DNA of 64,000 nt from NCBI GenBank assembly GCA_963691875.1, contig OY829846.1, positions 2,400,001-2,464,000 on the forward strand, written 5' to 3'. Both the position numbers and the translations under genes were made by a program. Each line of letters starts with the position of its first letter. Position 1 is the first letter of the stretch. The notes below the pieces were generated by a model. That model saw only the letters and a list, made by a program, of their open reading frames with translations. It was not told the origin of the DNA and searched no databases. Source of the stretch: Aureliella sp. Lineage in GTDB: Bacteria > Planctomycetota > Planctomycetia > Pirellulales > Pirellulaceae. This document shows positions 11,054-20,489 of this stretch, one piece after another.

Positions 11054-12910
11054 TTAGTTGGCGGTGATGGGCAAGGAACTAATCGCCTGTACCGGAACGA
11101 TCTGCTCCGCAGATGAATCTTTTCGCTCTAGAACGGTATCCACCAAATACAGAAGCAGACGCTGCATGTCTTCCGATTCGATCGTAGCTGCAGCCTCAAG
11201 TGCCCGCTGCTCGTGTTTCTCGATCAGCCGATGAGCTTGCTCGAACACGTTTGCTTGACGATACAAGGCTTCGACACGGCGCAGTTTTTCTGTCTTGCTC
11301 ATTTCGCAATCTGGCCAGGCGAGGCTGAGAAGCTCTGCTTGTTCCTGCTCGTTCAAGTTGGCCAGGGCAAGTGCCCAAAGTAGTGTTGGACGTCCACCGA
11401 GCACATCGCCGCCTGCTTCGAGCTTGTTGTGCTCATCGCCTTCCCAGTCACCAAGATCGTTGAGAATCTGAAAGGCAACACCAATGTTCCTGGCGAAGAT
11501 CCGAATCGGTTCCTCTAACGCAGCAGCATCACCCGCCAGTCGTGCTCCGGTGTAGAGAGCCGCTTCAAAGGCTGGCGAAGTCTTAAGTGCATAAATCTTG
11601 AGTGCATCAATCGGCTTCAATCGTTTTTCTTTGGCATCGCGCCACAGCAGCTCAGAACCTTGTCCCTCAGCCAACCGAGTATGAGCACCAGCGAGACAGT
11701 CCAAAATGTCCGCTGCGCATTGCGCGCCGAGCGTAGCTACATCTCGACTGACCATGCGATAGCCAAGCCCAATCAAGTAGTCGCCGACGTTGATTGCTGT
11801 TGGCAACCCGTATTTGCGGTGCATCGTTGGCTGACCGTATCGATAGCCATCATCGTCTTCGATGTCGTCGTGAATCAAACTCGCTTTGTGGAACATCTCG
11901 ATGCTCATCGCAGCGCGAAGTATCGAATCCGAGTACTCGGCAACTGCTTCAGCTCCCTTTTGACTGGTAGCACTGCCGCCAGACAAAGCGTCGTACGTTG
12001 CCAGAGTCATGAAGGGGCGAGAGTATTTACCTCCGCGAGCGACAAAGTCGAGCCCCAGCGTTTCAGTCGCGGCGATGGGGTCGATGCCTTCAAGTAGCTC
12101 TTTTGTCGAAGCCGACTTGCTTGCACGAGCGCGAGGTGCCAACCGTTCAAAAGTCTCGCCTTGAAACAAATCGTTTGCGGCGCGAAGTAGATGTACATAG
12201 CTGCGCGTGGCTTCGATCGGCTTGTCAGCCTTCGTCAGAACCATATCGCGCACCCAGTCTTCATCGACACTGGTATTGCGACAATCGCTCGACAGGAGAG
12301 GCACAGCCATGCATGGAATTCCGGCCAACAGAATCTTGTCGATCGCTTTTTCCAGAACGTTTAGACAAGCAACACCAACGATGGCATCGACGTAGCCACT
12401 GACGATGATCTTCAAGACCACGGGACTGCCTTCAGCTACAAGGACTTTGTAGCCCATGTCCTCGGCAATCGTGCGAAAGTCAGCGATACTGCAAGCTCCA
12501 CAGGTTTTACAGTTCATGCCAAACTCGTCGTAATCCGCAGGGCAACCCTCCGCATGCTTCAAGCAGTGTGGCAGGAGGAAGAGACGGCGACTCGGGTCTG
12601 TTGCAGCAACTTGATCTTCATAAAACGCGCTGCTGAGCATCACCATCGCCCAGCCAACGTAACTCTCGGGCAGGTCTTCCTCTTCGAGCAGTCGACGAGC
12701 GACGGATTCCATCTCGTCCTTCGTCATCGGCCGGGACCTGTCGAGACGACTAGCCACCTCGCCACACTTGGCCTTCAGCTGTTCTCGCATCTCGCGCGTC
12801 TCAGGCACCAGTTTCAAATGACTGGTCTTCCGACGACGCGATCGGCGCGGGGCTGGAGCTTCCGCTTCGTTAGTTTCCGGCGAAGAGGATTCGATCTGAG
12901 CAGATGACAA
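11054..12910 (-). CDS. DUF116 Cys-rich domain fused to polyprenyl diphosphate synthase
   Basis: LPHCL..C..CKTCGAC..GVAC..DC domain, then GGKYSRP, FARM HDDIEDDD..RYG, GQG, KT, FQILNDLGD. TTG start with upstream AGGAG. Confidence 0.88.
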   Translation of the reverse strand: MSSAQIESSSPETNEAEAPAPRRSRRRKTSHLKLVPETREMREQLKAKCGEVASRLDRSRPMTKDEMESVARRLLEEEDLPESYVGWAMVMLSSAFYEDQVAATDPSRRLFLLPHCLKHAEGCPADYDEFGMNCKTCGACSIADFRTIAEDMGYKVLVAEGSPVVLKIIVSGYVDAIVGVACLNVLEKAIDKILLAGIPCMAVPLLSSDCRNTSVDEDWVRDMVLTKADKPIEATRSYVHLLRAANDLFQGETFERLAPRARASKSASTKELLEGIDPIAATETLGLDFVARGGKYSRPFMTLATYDALSGGSATSQKGAEAVAEYSDSILRAAMSIEMFHKASLIHDDIEDDDGYRYGQPTMHRKYGLPTAINVGDYLIGLGYRMVSRDVATLGAQCAADILDCLAGAHTRLAEGQGSELLWRDAKEKRLKPIDALKIYALKTSPAFEAALYTGARLAGDAAALEEPIRIFARNIGVAFQILNDLGDWEGDEHNKLEAGGDVLGGRPTLLWALALANLNEQEQAELLSLAWPDCEMSKTEKLRRVEALYRQANVFEQAHRLIEKHEQRALEAAATIESEDMQRLLLYLVDTVLERKDSSAEQIVPVQAISSLPITAN

Positions 12911-12988
12911 AGCTGCGGACTCCTGAATATTCGAAAAAGCTCGCGGCGGAGCGCGCGCCTTTTGGTCTAGTGTGTAACCCTCGAATCT

Positions 12989-15070
12989 TCAGGTAGTTCC
13001 GTCTGGATTCTGGGCTAGGGCTGCCCCGAGGGCACCCAGCGAAAAAATCGCTGGGTACAACCGCTCATGGTACCAGAGTTTGGCGAAGTAAAAACCGATC
13101 GGCCAGGACTTTGCTAAACACCCCGAGTCGATGGCTGCAAGTAACCACTTGTACCCCCTCATTATAGTTCGGTCCTCGCAGGCCTGGCCACCACAGGCGA
13201 CAAGTGTCTCCAGCGCAAGGGCGGTTTCTTCCACCGTGCTAAAAACGGTCCCTGCCTCTTTAACGTCGCCGTTCTGCCCCGAATCTTTCGCAAGATCCAC
13301 TTGATAGGCAACACTTGCCCCACCTCCCCAGCCTCCGTCCGGATTTTGCTCGCCCCGCAAGAATTCGATTGATCGCGCCGCCTGAGGGCTCTCCAACAGA
13401 TCTAACTCTGCATAAGCCAGCAGAACTTTTGAAGTCCCATAAACAGGATTGTCCTCCTCACTTCGATCCTGATTGCCAAACCAAAGCGGCAGCCAGCTTC
13501 CGTCTGCCAGTTGAGTCTTTTCGAGATACCTCAAGCCACGCTGGGTGGCCCGTTCGATTTTTGCTCTACTCAGTAAGCTCGGTGTATGGCTCAACGGCTG
13601 CAGCTCTTCAAGTTTTGGCTTCCAAGCGTTTAAAGCCCGCAGAGCGTGAGCCGTTAGATCCGTGCCGCTGCGATCAAAAGGCAACTTGCCCCAGCCTCGG
13701 CAAAAAGTGGGCCACCCGCCGTCGCGATTCTGAAGCTGCAGAAGCCAAGTCAAACCTTTCGCAACCGCAATGTGCCGGTCAGCGATCAACGCACTTTTTT
13801 TTGAAGTGGACGCGCCAGCTTCGTAGCCCTTTTCCCATAGCTGAAGTTTTGACAGGCTCAGAAGTGCTGCTGGTGTGTCGTCCGAATCCGGGACCGCACC
13901 ACTCAAATCCGTCCAGCCCCAGCCACCAGGCCGTGCTCCTGTAAAGGGATGCTTCTGATTGTGCTGGCAGCTGAGAATCCAATCTAGGGTCTTTACGGAG
14001 ATCGCAGGTGGTCGACTCGGGCTTGTTTGCTTGTCATTTTCAGAATCCTGCGGCTCGGTTTCCGAGGCAACGCGCACGCATCCGGTTTTTCGAGATGCTG
14101 CAACCAAACTCAGGTTGGTGACCCATGTGGCCAGATTCGTATCGATGGGCCAACTGTGGTCCTCGAGTTTCGAGTCAAGCAAGAACTTTAAACACTCTTG
14201 TGCTACCGGCAGGTGCCCATTGCCAATGGCCGCTAGATTCATCAGGACGAAACTGGTTAGCGGCGTCGCTTCTAAGTACCCTCCACTCTCTGGCTGCATA
14301 CTGTGAAGCACTCTCAGCGTCGGCTCAACCGCTCGCTTGCGAAGCCAACGCAAGAGCGGATTCTTTGACGGTGCAAAGTGATGGCGGGCTTGACCGATTG
14401 CCACCAAAGCCGGAATGGCATAACTCACCACCGGCATCCGAGCTAAGCGATACCAGTCCTGCGGCAACCATGCGGCCTCAAAGGGCAAGGCAGGAACTTC
14501 TCTCCAGTCAACCAGGCCTGCCAAAGCGCAATTGCTAAGGATCGGCACCACAAAAGTTTTATCCTTGCCATATCGCTTGCGAAGCCCTTCCCACTGCCCT
14601 AGCTCTCTTACATAGTTCCGAGCACGGGACTCTTGCTCCGCGACTTGTTCCTTGAAACCCGTCATGTTCCAGGCCGCTAGGACGAGGTAAGTCGTCGCGA
14701 TGTTGGAATGACTGCGGTTGGTGTCGCCAAAACCTCCATCGATATTCTGATGAGCCGCAAGCCAATTGCAGCCACCGTCGATGGCACACTGAATCTCATC
14801 CTTCTGAGCGGAATCTGATTCAGCATTTTGCATTTGGAACAAAGCACTGATTGCCGAAGCAGTCGACAACGCAGAAGTCGACAACTCGCCTGACCAATGC
14901 GATTGATCTCCGCGTTCGTTCTGCAACCATTCCCAGACCTGGCTCCAACCACGTTCCAATTTATGCTGCAATTCTGCTGCTTCTTCGAATGTGGCGTCCA
15001 AAATGAAACTCTTTGCTTGCGGAACTGATGTACCCCCTGAGGGCGGAGGGGCTGTTTTGTGTCGGGACAA
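12989..15070 (-). CDS. shc: Squalene-hopene cyclase-like class II terpene cyclase
   Basis: Catalytic VPDSDDT (DxDD) and several QW repeats (HQNIDGGFG, LQNRDGGW, TQLADGSW, EQNPDGGW). Confidence 0.88.
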   Translation of the reverse strand: MSRHKTAPPPSGGTSVPQAKSFILDATFEEAAELQHKLERGWSQVWEWLQNERGDQSHWSGELSTSALSTASAISALFQMQNAESDSAQKDEIQCAIDGGCNWLAAHQNIDGGFGDTNRSHSNIATTYLVLAAWNMTGFKEQVAEQESRARNYVRELGQWEGLRKRYGKDKTFVVPILSNCALAGLVDWREVPALPFEAAWLPQDWYRLARMPVVSYAIPALVAIGQARHHFAPSKNPLLRWLRKRAVEPTLRVLHSMQPESGGYLEATPLTSFVLMNLAAIGNGHLPVAQECLKFLLDSKLEDHSWPIDTNLATWVTNLSLVAASRKTGCVRVASETEPQDSENDKQTSPSRPPAISVKTLDWILSCQHNQKHPFTGARPGGWGWTDLSGAVPDSDDTPAALLSLSKLQLWEKGYEAGASTSKKSALIADRHIAVAKGLTWLLQLQNRDGGWPTFCRGWGKLPFDRSGTDLTAHALRALNAWKPKLEELQPLSHTPSLLSRAKIERATQRGLRYLEKTQLADGSWLPLWFGNQDRSEEDNPVYGTSKVLLAYAELDLLESPQAARSIEFLRGEQNPDGGWGGGASVAYQVDLAKDSGQNGDVKEAGTVFSTVEETALALETLVACGGQACEDRTIMRGYKWLLAAIDSGCLAKSWPIGFYFAKLWYHERLYPAIFSLGALGAALAQNPDGTT

Positions 15071-15350
15071 TTTCGCCTCAGGAGTAAGTCAAGATACACA
15101 TTGGCGAAGGGAGCCGAACACGGTAGCGACGGTCCTGACTTGGAAAACGCCGTAGCCCCCGTCCGACGCCCCGGCTCACAAATTGAAGCCCTGTAAGCAT
15201 CCCGAGGCTGGGACTACGAACCAATCATGCTCTCGCTAGAATGTAGCGTAACGACAAGCACTGAGAATGGCTGATTCCCAACAGTTTAGTTGGCGACGAT
15301 GGCTGCAAGGCTACTTCTCGAAACGACAGAACCCATAGCAAACGATAACA

Positions 15351-18300
15351 ATGGATCTTGCTGCCAAGCTATCTTCGCTGAAATTTTCTGACAGCGAACA
15401 AGCCCAAAAATCCCTGTCGCAGATCTCCGAACTCGGCGTGCCGCCGGATCTTTTCGAGACATTCGTCGGACAGCTATTAGAACTGCTAGAGAGCTACTCG
15501 GAGCCAGATCGTATCTTGGCGAGCTTACATCGCTATCTAAGCGCTTCCCGTTCGCCACAGTCTTGCCTTGGAATGTTCGAACGAGAACCGGCCGGACTGG
15601 GAACTCTGCTGCAGCTTTTTTCGACCAGCCAGTACGTGGCGGATTTGCTAATTGCTGATCCAGATGCATTTGAAATAGTACGCTTGACTGACGGCCAACC
15701 CGTGGATCGAGCAATTCTCGTGGACGAAATCCTGGCTGAGGTGGTAGCAGCTTCGGATGTAAAATCCGTAATGCGAATTCTGCGCGACTATCGTCACCGC
15801 GAGACACTGCGAATTGCTTACGGAGATTTTATCAACCAGCAGCCGATCGACATCGTGATGGAGCAAATTTCCATCCTTGCCGAATGCCTCATTGAAGCCG
15901 CTTTGGTAGGTGCAGAAAGAGAGCTCCTGCGCCGCGGAAAAAGACGACCAACACAAGCCGACGGCAGCCCAATTGGTTTTGTTGCTCTGGCTCTCGGAAA
16001 ACTTGGCGGCACGGAGCTGAACTACTCCAGTGACATCGACTTGATCTTCTTTCGCGAATCCGTTTTGGCTGGACCGAAGTGGGAGAAACCCAAGTCGTCT
16101 GATGGGCAAGCCACCGAGTACTTCGAGAAGTTTGCACAGCTCGTCATCAAGCTACTCGGCGACTCAACGGCTCAAGGCATCGCCTACCGCGTGGACATGC
16201 GTTTGCGGCCACACGGCCGCAACGGTGCTTTGGTTGTCTCTTACCGACAAGCCATCGACTACTACGACTCGGTCGCCAGAACTTGGGAACGCCAAGCTTT
16301 TGTGAAGGCCCGCGCCATTGCAGGCGACGTGGAACTTGGCCATCGCTTGCTCGACGAACTCGCACCTTGGCTTTATCGTCGATACCTAATGCGAGCCGAC
16401 ATCTCAGGGCTCATTGCATTAAAGCGAAGGATTGAACGACATGCTGCCACTACGGAGCGCAAAAGCCGCAGCGGAGAGCTTGGCGGTATTCGTGGCTCGA
16501 ACTTGAAGCTCGGTTTCGGTGGAATTCGGGATATCGAGTACGCCATTCAGTTCTTGCAACTGTTGCATGGGGCCGAACAACCCGAAGTACGAGCACCAGC
16601 AACGCTCGAGGCCATCGATCGCTTACAAACCGCTGGTTGTATCACCGCTGGTGAGCAAGCGTTGCTGGAGGAGAACTACCGGTTCCTTCGCAAGGTAGAA
16701 CACTACTTGCAGATAATGTTCAACCAACAAACGCATTCGCTGCCCGAAGACGCGGACGAATTCGAGAATCTTGCTTCGCGAATCCAAACCACGGAAGCTT
16801 CACCAGTTGATGCCGCTCACTCACTCAGCGAAAAGCTGGTAGAGTGCACGCGGCAAAACCGTCAGATCCTAGACCACCTGCTGCACAATGCATTTGCAAA
16901 CCACGACGCGGATGAACAGCTGCTTGCGACCGATGAAAGTGACTTGGTTCTCGATCCAGAGCCGAGTCCAGAAGTCATCGAATCCACCCTGGCTCCCTAC
17001 GGTTTTCGCAACTGCGGAGCAGCCTATCGTCACCTGCAAGAATTGGCGGTTGAATCAATTCCTTTTCTTTCCACAAGGCGCAGTCGGCATTTCCTTGCAG
17101 CGATCGCGCCGAAGCTGCTGGCTGCGATAGCAGAAACTCCAGATGCTGATGCGACCCTGATCAGCCTCGCCAATGTCACCGCATCGCTAGGTGGTAAGGC
17201 GGTGCTATGGGAGCTATTTAGTTCCCATCCGCCCACCATGCAACTTTGCCTGCGACTATGCGCAGGCAGCCCGTACCTGAACAGCATCCTGACCAGCAAC
17301 CCAGGCATGATTGACGAGTTGCTGGATTCCTTGATGCTGGATCAATTGCCAAGTCATGAAGAGATGGCAGAGGAGCTCGACACTCTTTGCAGAGGAGCGG
17401 TGGAAGTTGAGCCGATGTTGCACAGTTTTAAGAACTCGATGCACTTAAGCGTTGGCGTGCGAGACATTCTGGGAAAGAGCAAGATTGGTGAAACGCACTC
17501 AACCCTTTCGGACATCGCCGAAGTTTGTTTGGAGCAAGTGATTCATCACGAATTCCATCGCTTGGTGCAAAAGCTGGGCATTCCGATGTTGCAGATGCCC
17601 GTACCTTCCGGAGAGGAACCGGCTGAACTAGTAGTTCTGGCGGTCGGCAAGCTCGGAGGTCGCGAACCGAACTACCACAGCGACATCGATTTGATCTTTT
17701 TGTTTGATGGAGACGGCGAAACGAAGAGTTTAGTTCCCAATCGTCGCTTCGAGCCGACGACCAACCGGCACTTTTTCAATCAACTTTGTCAGCGTGTAAT
17801 TCACTCGGTCACACGCAGTGGGGCGTCGGGGCGTCTCTACGATCTCGATACTCGCCTGCGACCACTTGGAAGAAGTGGCCAACTGGCAATATCCGTCGAT
17901 GACTTGCGCGAGTATTTCGCCTCGGGCCAAGGTCAGATCTGGGAGCGACAGGCGTTATGTAAAGCGCGTCCGATCTGGGGCAACCAAACTGCTCGCACGA
18001 ACGCGATGCAATGCGTCCGAGAGATTTTAACCTCTTTCACTTGGCAACCACAATGCGCACGGGACATCTGGCAGCACCGAATGCAATTGCAAGAAGGAGC
18101 TGCTGTCGACAACTTGAAACGCGGAGTGGGCGGAACAATGGACGTCGAGTTCGTGGTACAGATGTTGCAACTCGCACATGTCGGAACGAATCCAGAAATT
18201 ATGGTGCCGAATACTCTGGAGGCCATTCAACGGCTGCACCAAGCGGAGTTGTTAGATTCTGAAACGGCAGATTCTTTCGATCAAAACTACCGGTTCCTTC

Positions 18301-18533
18301 GGAGTATCGAGTCTGGGATTCGATTAATGAATTTGTCTGCTCGACACGAACTGCCAAAGACGCACGCTGAGCTGGAGCAACTATCGTTCTTGCTCAAATC
18401 GCGTTCCCGAATTGCATTGGAAGCCGACGAGTTGGCTCGACGCTGTGATAAAGTCCGCAATGAATGCCGTAGAATCTTTGAGACTACTTTCGGGAGCTGG
18501 ATGCCTCAGGAAGAGGTTGCCGAAGAATCATAG
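15351..18533 (+). CDS. glnE: Bifunctional glutamine synthetase adenylyltransferase/adenylyl-removing enzyme
   Basis: Two nucleotidyltransferase halves: GKLGGTELNYSSDIDL / RVDMRLRP / WERQA and GKLGGREPNYHSDIDL / DTRLRP / WERQA. Confidence 0.96.
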   Translation: MDLAAKLSSLKFSDSEQAQKSLSQISELGVPPDLFETFVGQLLELLESYSEPDRILASLHRYLSASRSPQSCLGMFEREPAGLGTLLQLFSTSQYVADLLIADPDAFEIVRLTDGQPVDRAILVDEILAEVVAASDVKSVMRILRDYRHRETLRIAYGDFINQQPIDIVMEQISILAECLIEAALVGAERELLRRGKRRPTQADGSPIGFVALALGKLGGTELNYSSDIDLIFFRESVLAGPKWEKPKSSDGQATEYFEKFAQLVIKLLGDSTAQGIAYRVDMRLRPHGRNGALVVSYRQAIDYYDSVARTWERQAFVKARAIAGDVELGHRLLDELAPWLYRRYLMRADISGLIALKRRIERHAATTERKSRSGELGGIRGSNLKLGFGGIRDIEYAIQFLQLLHGAEQPEVRAPATLEAIDRLQTAGCITAGEQALLEENYRFLRKVEHYLQIMFNQQTHSLPEDADEFENLASRIQTTEASPVDAAHSLSEKLVECTRQNRQILDHLLHNAFANHDADEQLLATDESDLVLDPEPSPEVIESTLAPYGFRNCGAAYRHLQELAVESIPFLSTRRSRHFLAAIAPKLLAAIAETPDADATLISLANVTASLGGKAVLWELFSSHPPTMQLCLRLCAGSPYLNSILTSNPGMIDELLDSLMLDQLPSHEEMAEELDTLCRGAVEVEPMLHSFKNSMHLSVGVRDILGKSKIGETHSTLSDIAEVCLEQVIHHEFHRLVQKLGIPMLQMPVPSGEEPAELVVLAVGKLGGREPNYHSDIDLIFLFDGDGETKSLVPNRRFEPTTNRHFFNQLCQRVIHSVTRSGASGRLYDLDTRLRPLGRSGQLAISVDDLREYFASGQGQIWERQALCKARPIWGNQTARTNAMQCVREILTSFTWQPQCARDIWQHRMQLQEGAAVDNLKRGVGGTMDVEFVVQMLQLAHVGTNPEIMVPNTLEAIQRLHQAELLDSETADSFDQNYRFLRSIESGIRLMNLSARHELPKTHAELEQLSFLLKSRSRIALEADELARRCDKVRNECRRIFETTFGSWMPQEEVAEES

Positions 18534-18573
18534 GCTTTGTGCGTGAAGAGCCGCTTCAATCTGGGGCAAATCG

Positions 18574-18780
18574 ATGCCAATCATTCATTGCCAAAAGTGC
18601 GGTAACCTGTTTCACTTTCTCGAGCCGACGTCACTCGCAGAAACGGAAGAACGCTTGCCAAGCGACCTAGGTAAGGTTTGCACTGAATGCCAGAAAGCAC
18701 GTGTGCCGGAAACCAGCGACAGAGAAGTGGCAAAGAAAGTGCCAGCAAATGCTGAAAACGCAGACTCACTGTCGATGTAA
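18574..18780 (+). CDS. Small zinc-finger-like protein
   Basis: ATG start 40 nt after glnE; CQKC...CTEC pair. Confidence 0.55.
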   Translation: MPIIHCQKCGNLFHFLEPTSLAETEERLPSDLGKVCTECQKARVPETSDREVAKKVPANAENADSLSM

Positions 18781-18954
18781 GGATGCGATTCCGGCTGACG
18801 GAGGGACAGAGGAAGCAGCCAAGAAACTCTCGGCAAAACTCACCGAACTGCATGACATGCGCAGTCGTGCCTGCCGTTCTAATCCAGTTACGGTATCAGG
18901 TTTCGCCAGAAATCGTGATCGGCATGTGGGGGGAAGGGCCTCTGACAGATTCCG

Positions 18955-20418
18955 CTACTGGGTTAGAGAAATGAGTTGTGAGCGGATTTTCTCGTTGTCG
19001 GTGATATGGGTATCTAGATGCACTTTAGCGTATCGCAACAAATGACCAGCTAGCTCCTTTGCTACATCCTTGTTCTCCGCCTGAGCGATATGATTCTTGA
19101 GTTCATCAGGATCGACTTTGTGATCAAACAACCAAGCCTCTTCGTTCACAGAGATGACGAGTTTGTAGCGATCTGAGACTGCGGCTACCCAACTGGCTTT
19201 GAGCCCTGCATTACGAAGGATCGTGACGTCATCCCAGCTCTCGTCATCTCCCTGCAGTAAAGGACCGAAGTCTCGGCCTTGTACGCCAACTCCTGCTTCG
19301 TACCCCAGCAGAGGAAGAATTGTCGGCTTGAAATCAACGGTCCCCAAGGCTTGATGAACCACAGTGCCGGGAGCAACCTTTCCAGGAACCATGAGAATCA
19401 TCGGAATCTTGGCTGAGCCTTCGTAGGGATTGCCTTTGTTGAGCTTCCCATGCTCGTAGCACAAATCGCCGTGATCGGACGTGATCACAATCGCCGTACG
19501 GTCCGCAATGCCCAGTGAGGTCAGTTCCGTTCGAATTCGGCCGATGTTGTAGTCGATACACTTGACCATGCCAAAGTACTGAGCCATTTGATCAGCTCGA
19601 AATTCCTTCGGCGAGTTCTTGCCGCCAACCGACGCCCAAGCTGGATTGTCCTTGGCATAGGCGAAAGTCGCGGGAGGACGAATCGCGGTGTCGGTGTACA
19701 TTTCATCATACGGCGCTCGCACCAAGTTTGGACCGTGCGGATCAGGCAGACTCAAGTGATAACAAAATGGTTTGCCTGCGTTTACCTTGATGAATTCGAT
19801 GGCACGATCCGTCAGCCAATCGGTAGCAAATGTCGTCTCATCTGCTTCGGCCAATCCGTAAGATGGCTTCCCCTTGCTGCGAGCTGCGACACGCGGTCCG
19901 TCGGCGGTGAGTTCAAACTTTTTCCAGTGGCCACGATTGAACATGAAACGGTTGTCCTCCAAGCCAAATTTGCGATCTGGTCCCCACTGAGGTTTACCGT
20001 TGCCGTCCAAGTGCCACTTGCCGGCGTAGCCAGTCTGATAACCTTCGTCTTGCAGAACTTTGGCGAAGGTAACCATCTCGTTTTTCATCGGCATGTCGTT
20101 TTGCGGCGAACCAGTGTGCTGCGGATACATTCCCGTGAAGAAGGATGCTCGCGATGGAGTGCACACGGGGCTGGTCGCGTAGAACGACGTGCAGATTGCT
20201 CCAGCCTTGGCAATTGCATCGATGTGAGGCGTGTCCACGACTGCCTCTTTGCCCCAGATAAATGCTTGCTCTTCGGTAAGCGTCTCCCGATAGCAACCAA
20301 GCGTTCGAAAATTATGCTCATCTGTTTGAATGACGAGTAAATTCAAAGGCGGCTCCTCAGCGACCGAACAACTCGCATTCAGAACAAGAATTAGCAGGAC
20401 AGTTACGTTTCTGTGCAT
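18955..20418 (-). CDS. Sulfatase
   Basis: Signal peptide, QTDEH, VCTPSRASFFTG, GKWHL, SDHG. Confidence 0.94.
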   Translation of the reverse strand: MHRNVTVLLILVLNASCSVAEEPPLNLLVIQTDEHNFRTLGCYRETLTEEQAFIWGKEAVVDTPHIDAIAKAGAICTSFYATSPVCTPSRASFFTGMYPQHTGSPQNDMPMKNEMVTFAKVLQDEGYQTGYAGKWHLDGNGKPQWGPDRKFGLEDNRFMFNRGHWKKFELTADGPRVAARSKGKPSYGLAEADETTFATDWLTDRAIEFIKVNAGKPFCYHLSLPDPHGPNLVRAPYDEMYTDTAIRPPATFAYAKDNPAWASVGGKNSPKEFRADQMAQYFGMVKCIDYNIGRIRTELTSLGIADRTAIVITSDHGDLCYEHGKLNKGNPYEGSAKIPMILMVPGKVAPGTVVHQALGTVDFKPTILPLLGYEAGVGVQGRDFGPLLQGDDESWDDVTILRNAGLKASWVAAVSDRYKLVISVNEEAWLFDHKVDPDELKNHIAQAENKDVAKELAGHLLRYAKVHLDTHITDNEKIRSQLISLTQ

Positions 20419-20489
20419 TGGATATCTTGGTTGGTCTTGAGAGGAATGTATTTCGCGATGACTTTGGCGACCTTGAGCGAGATGAATAA

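Noticed and set aside
13315..13944. 209-aa ORF opposite the cyclase
   Set aside because: Fully overlaps a well-supported gene; no motifs.
19588..20340. 250-aa antisense ORF
   Set aside because: Shadow of the sulfatase at 18955-20418.
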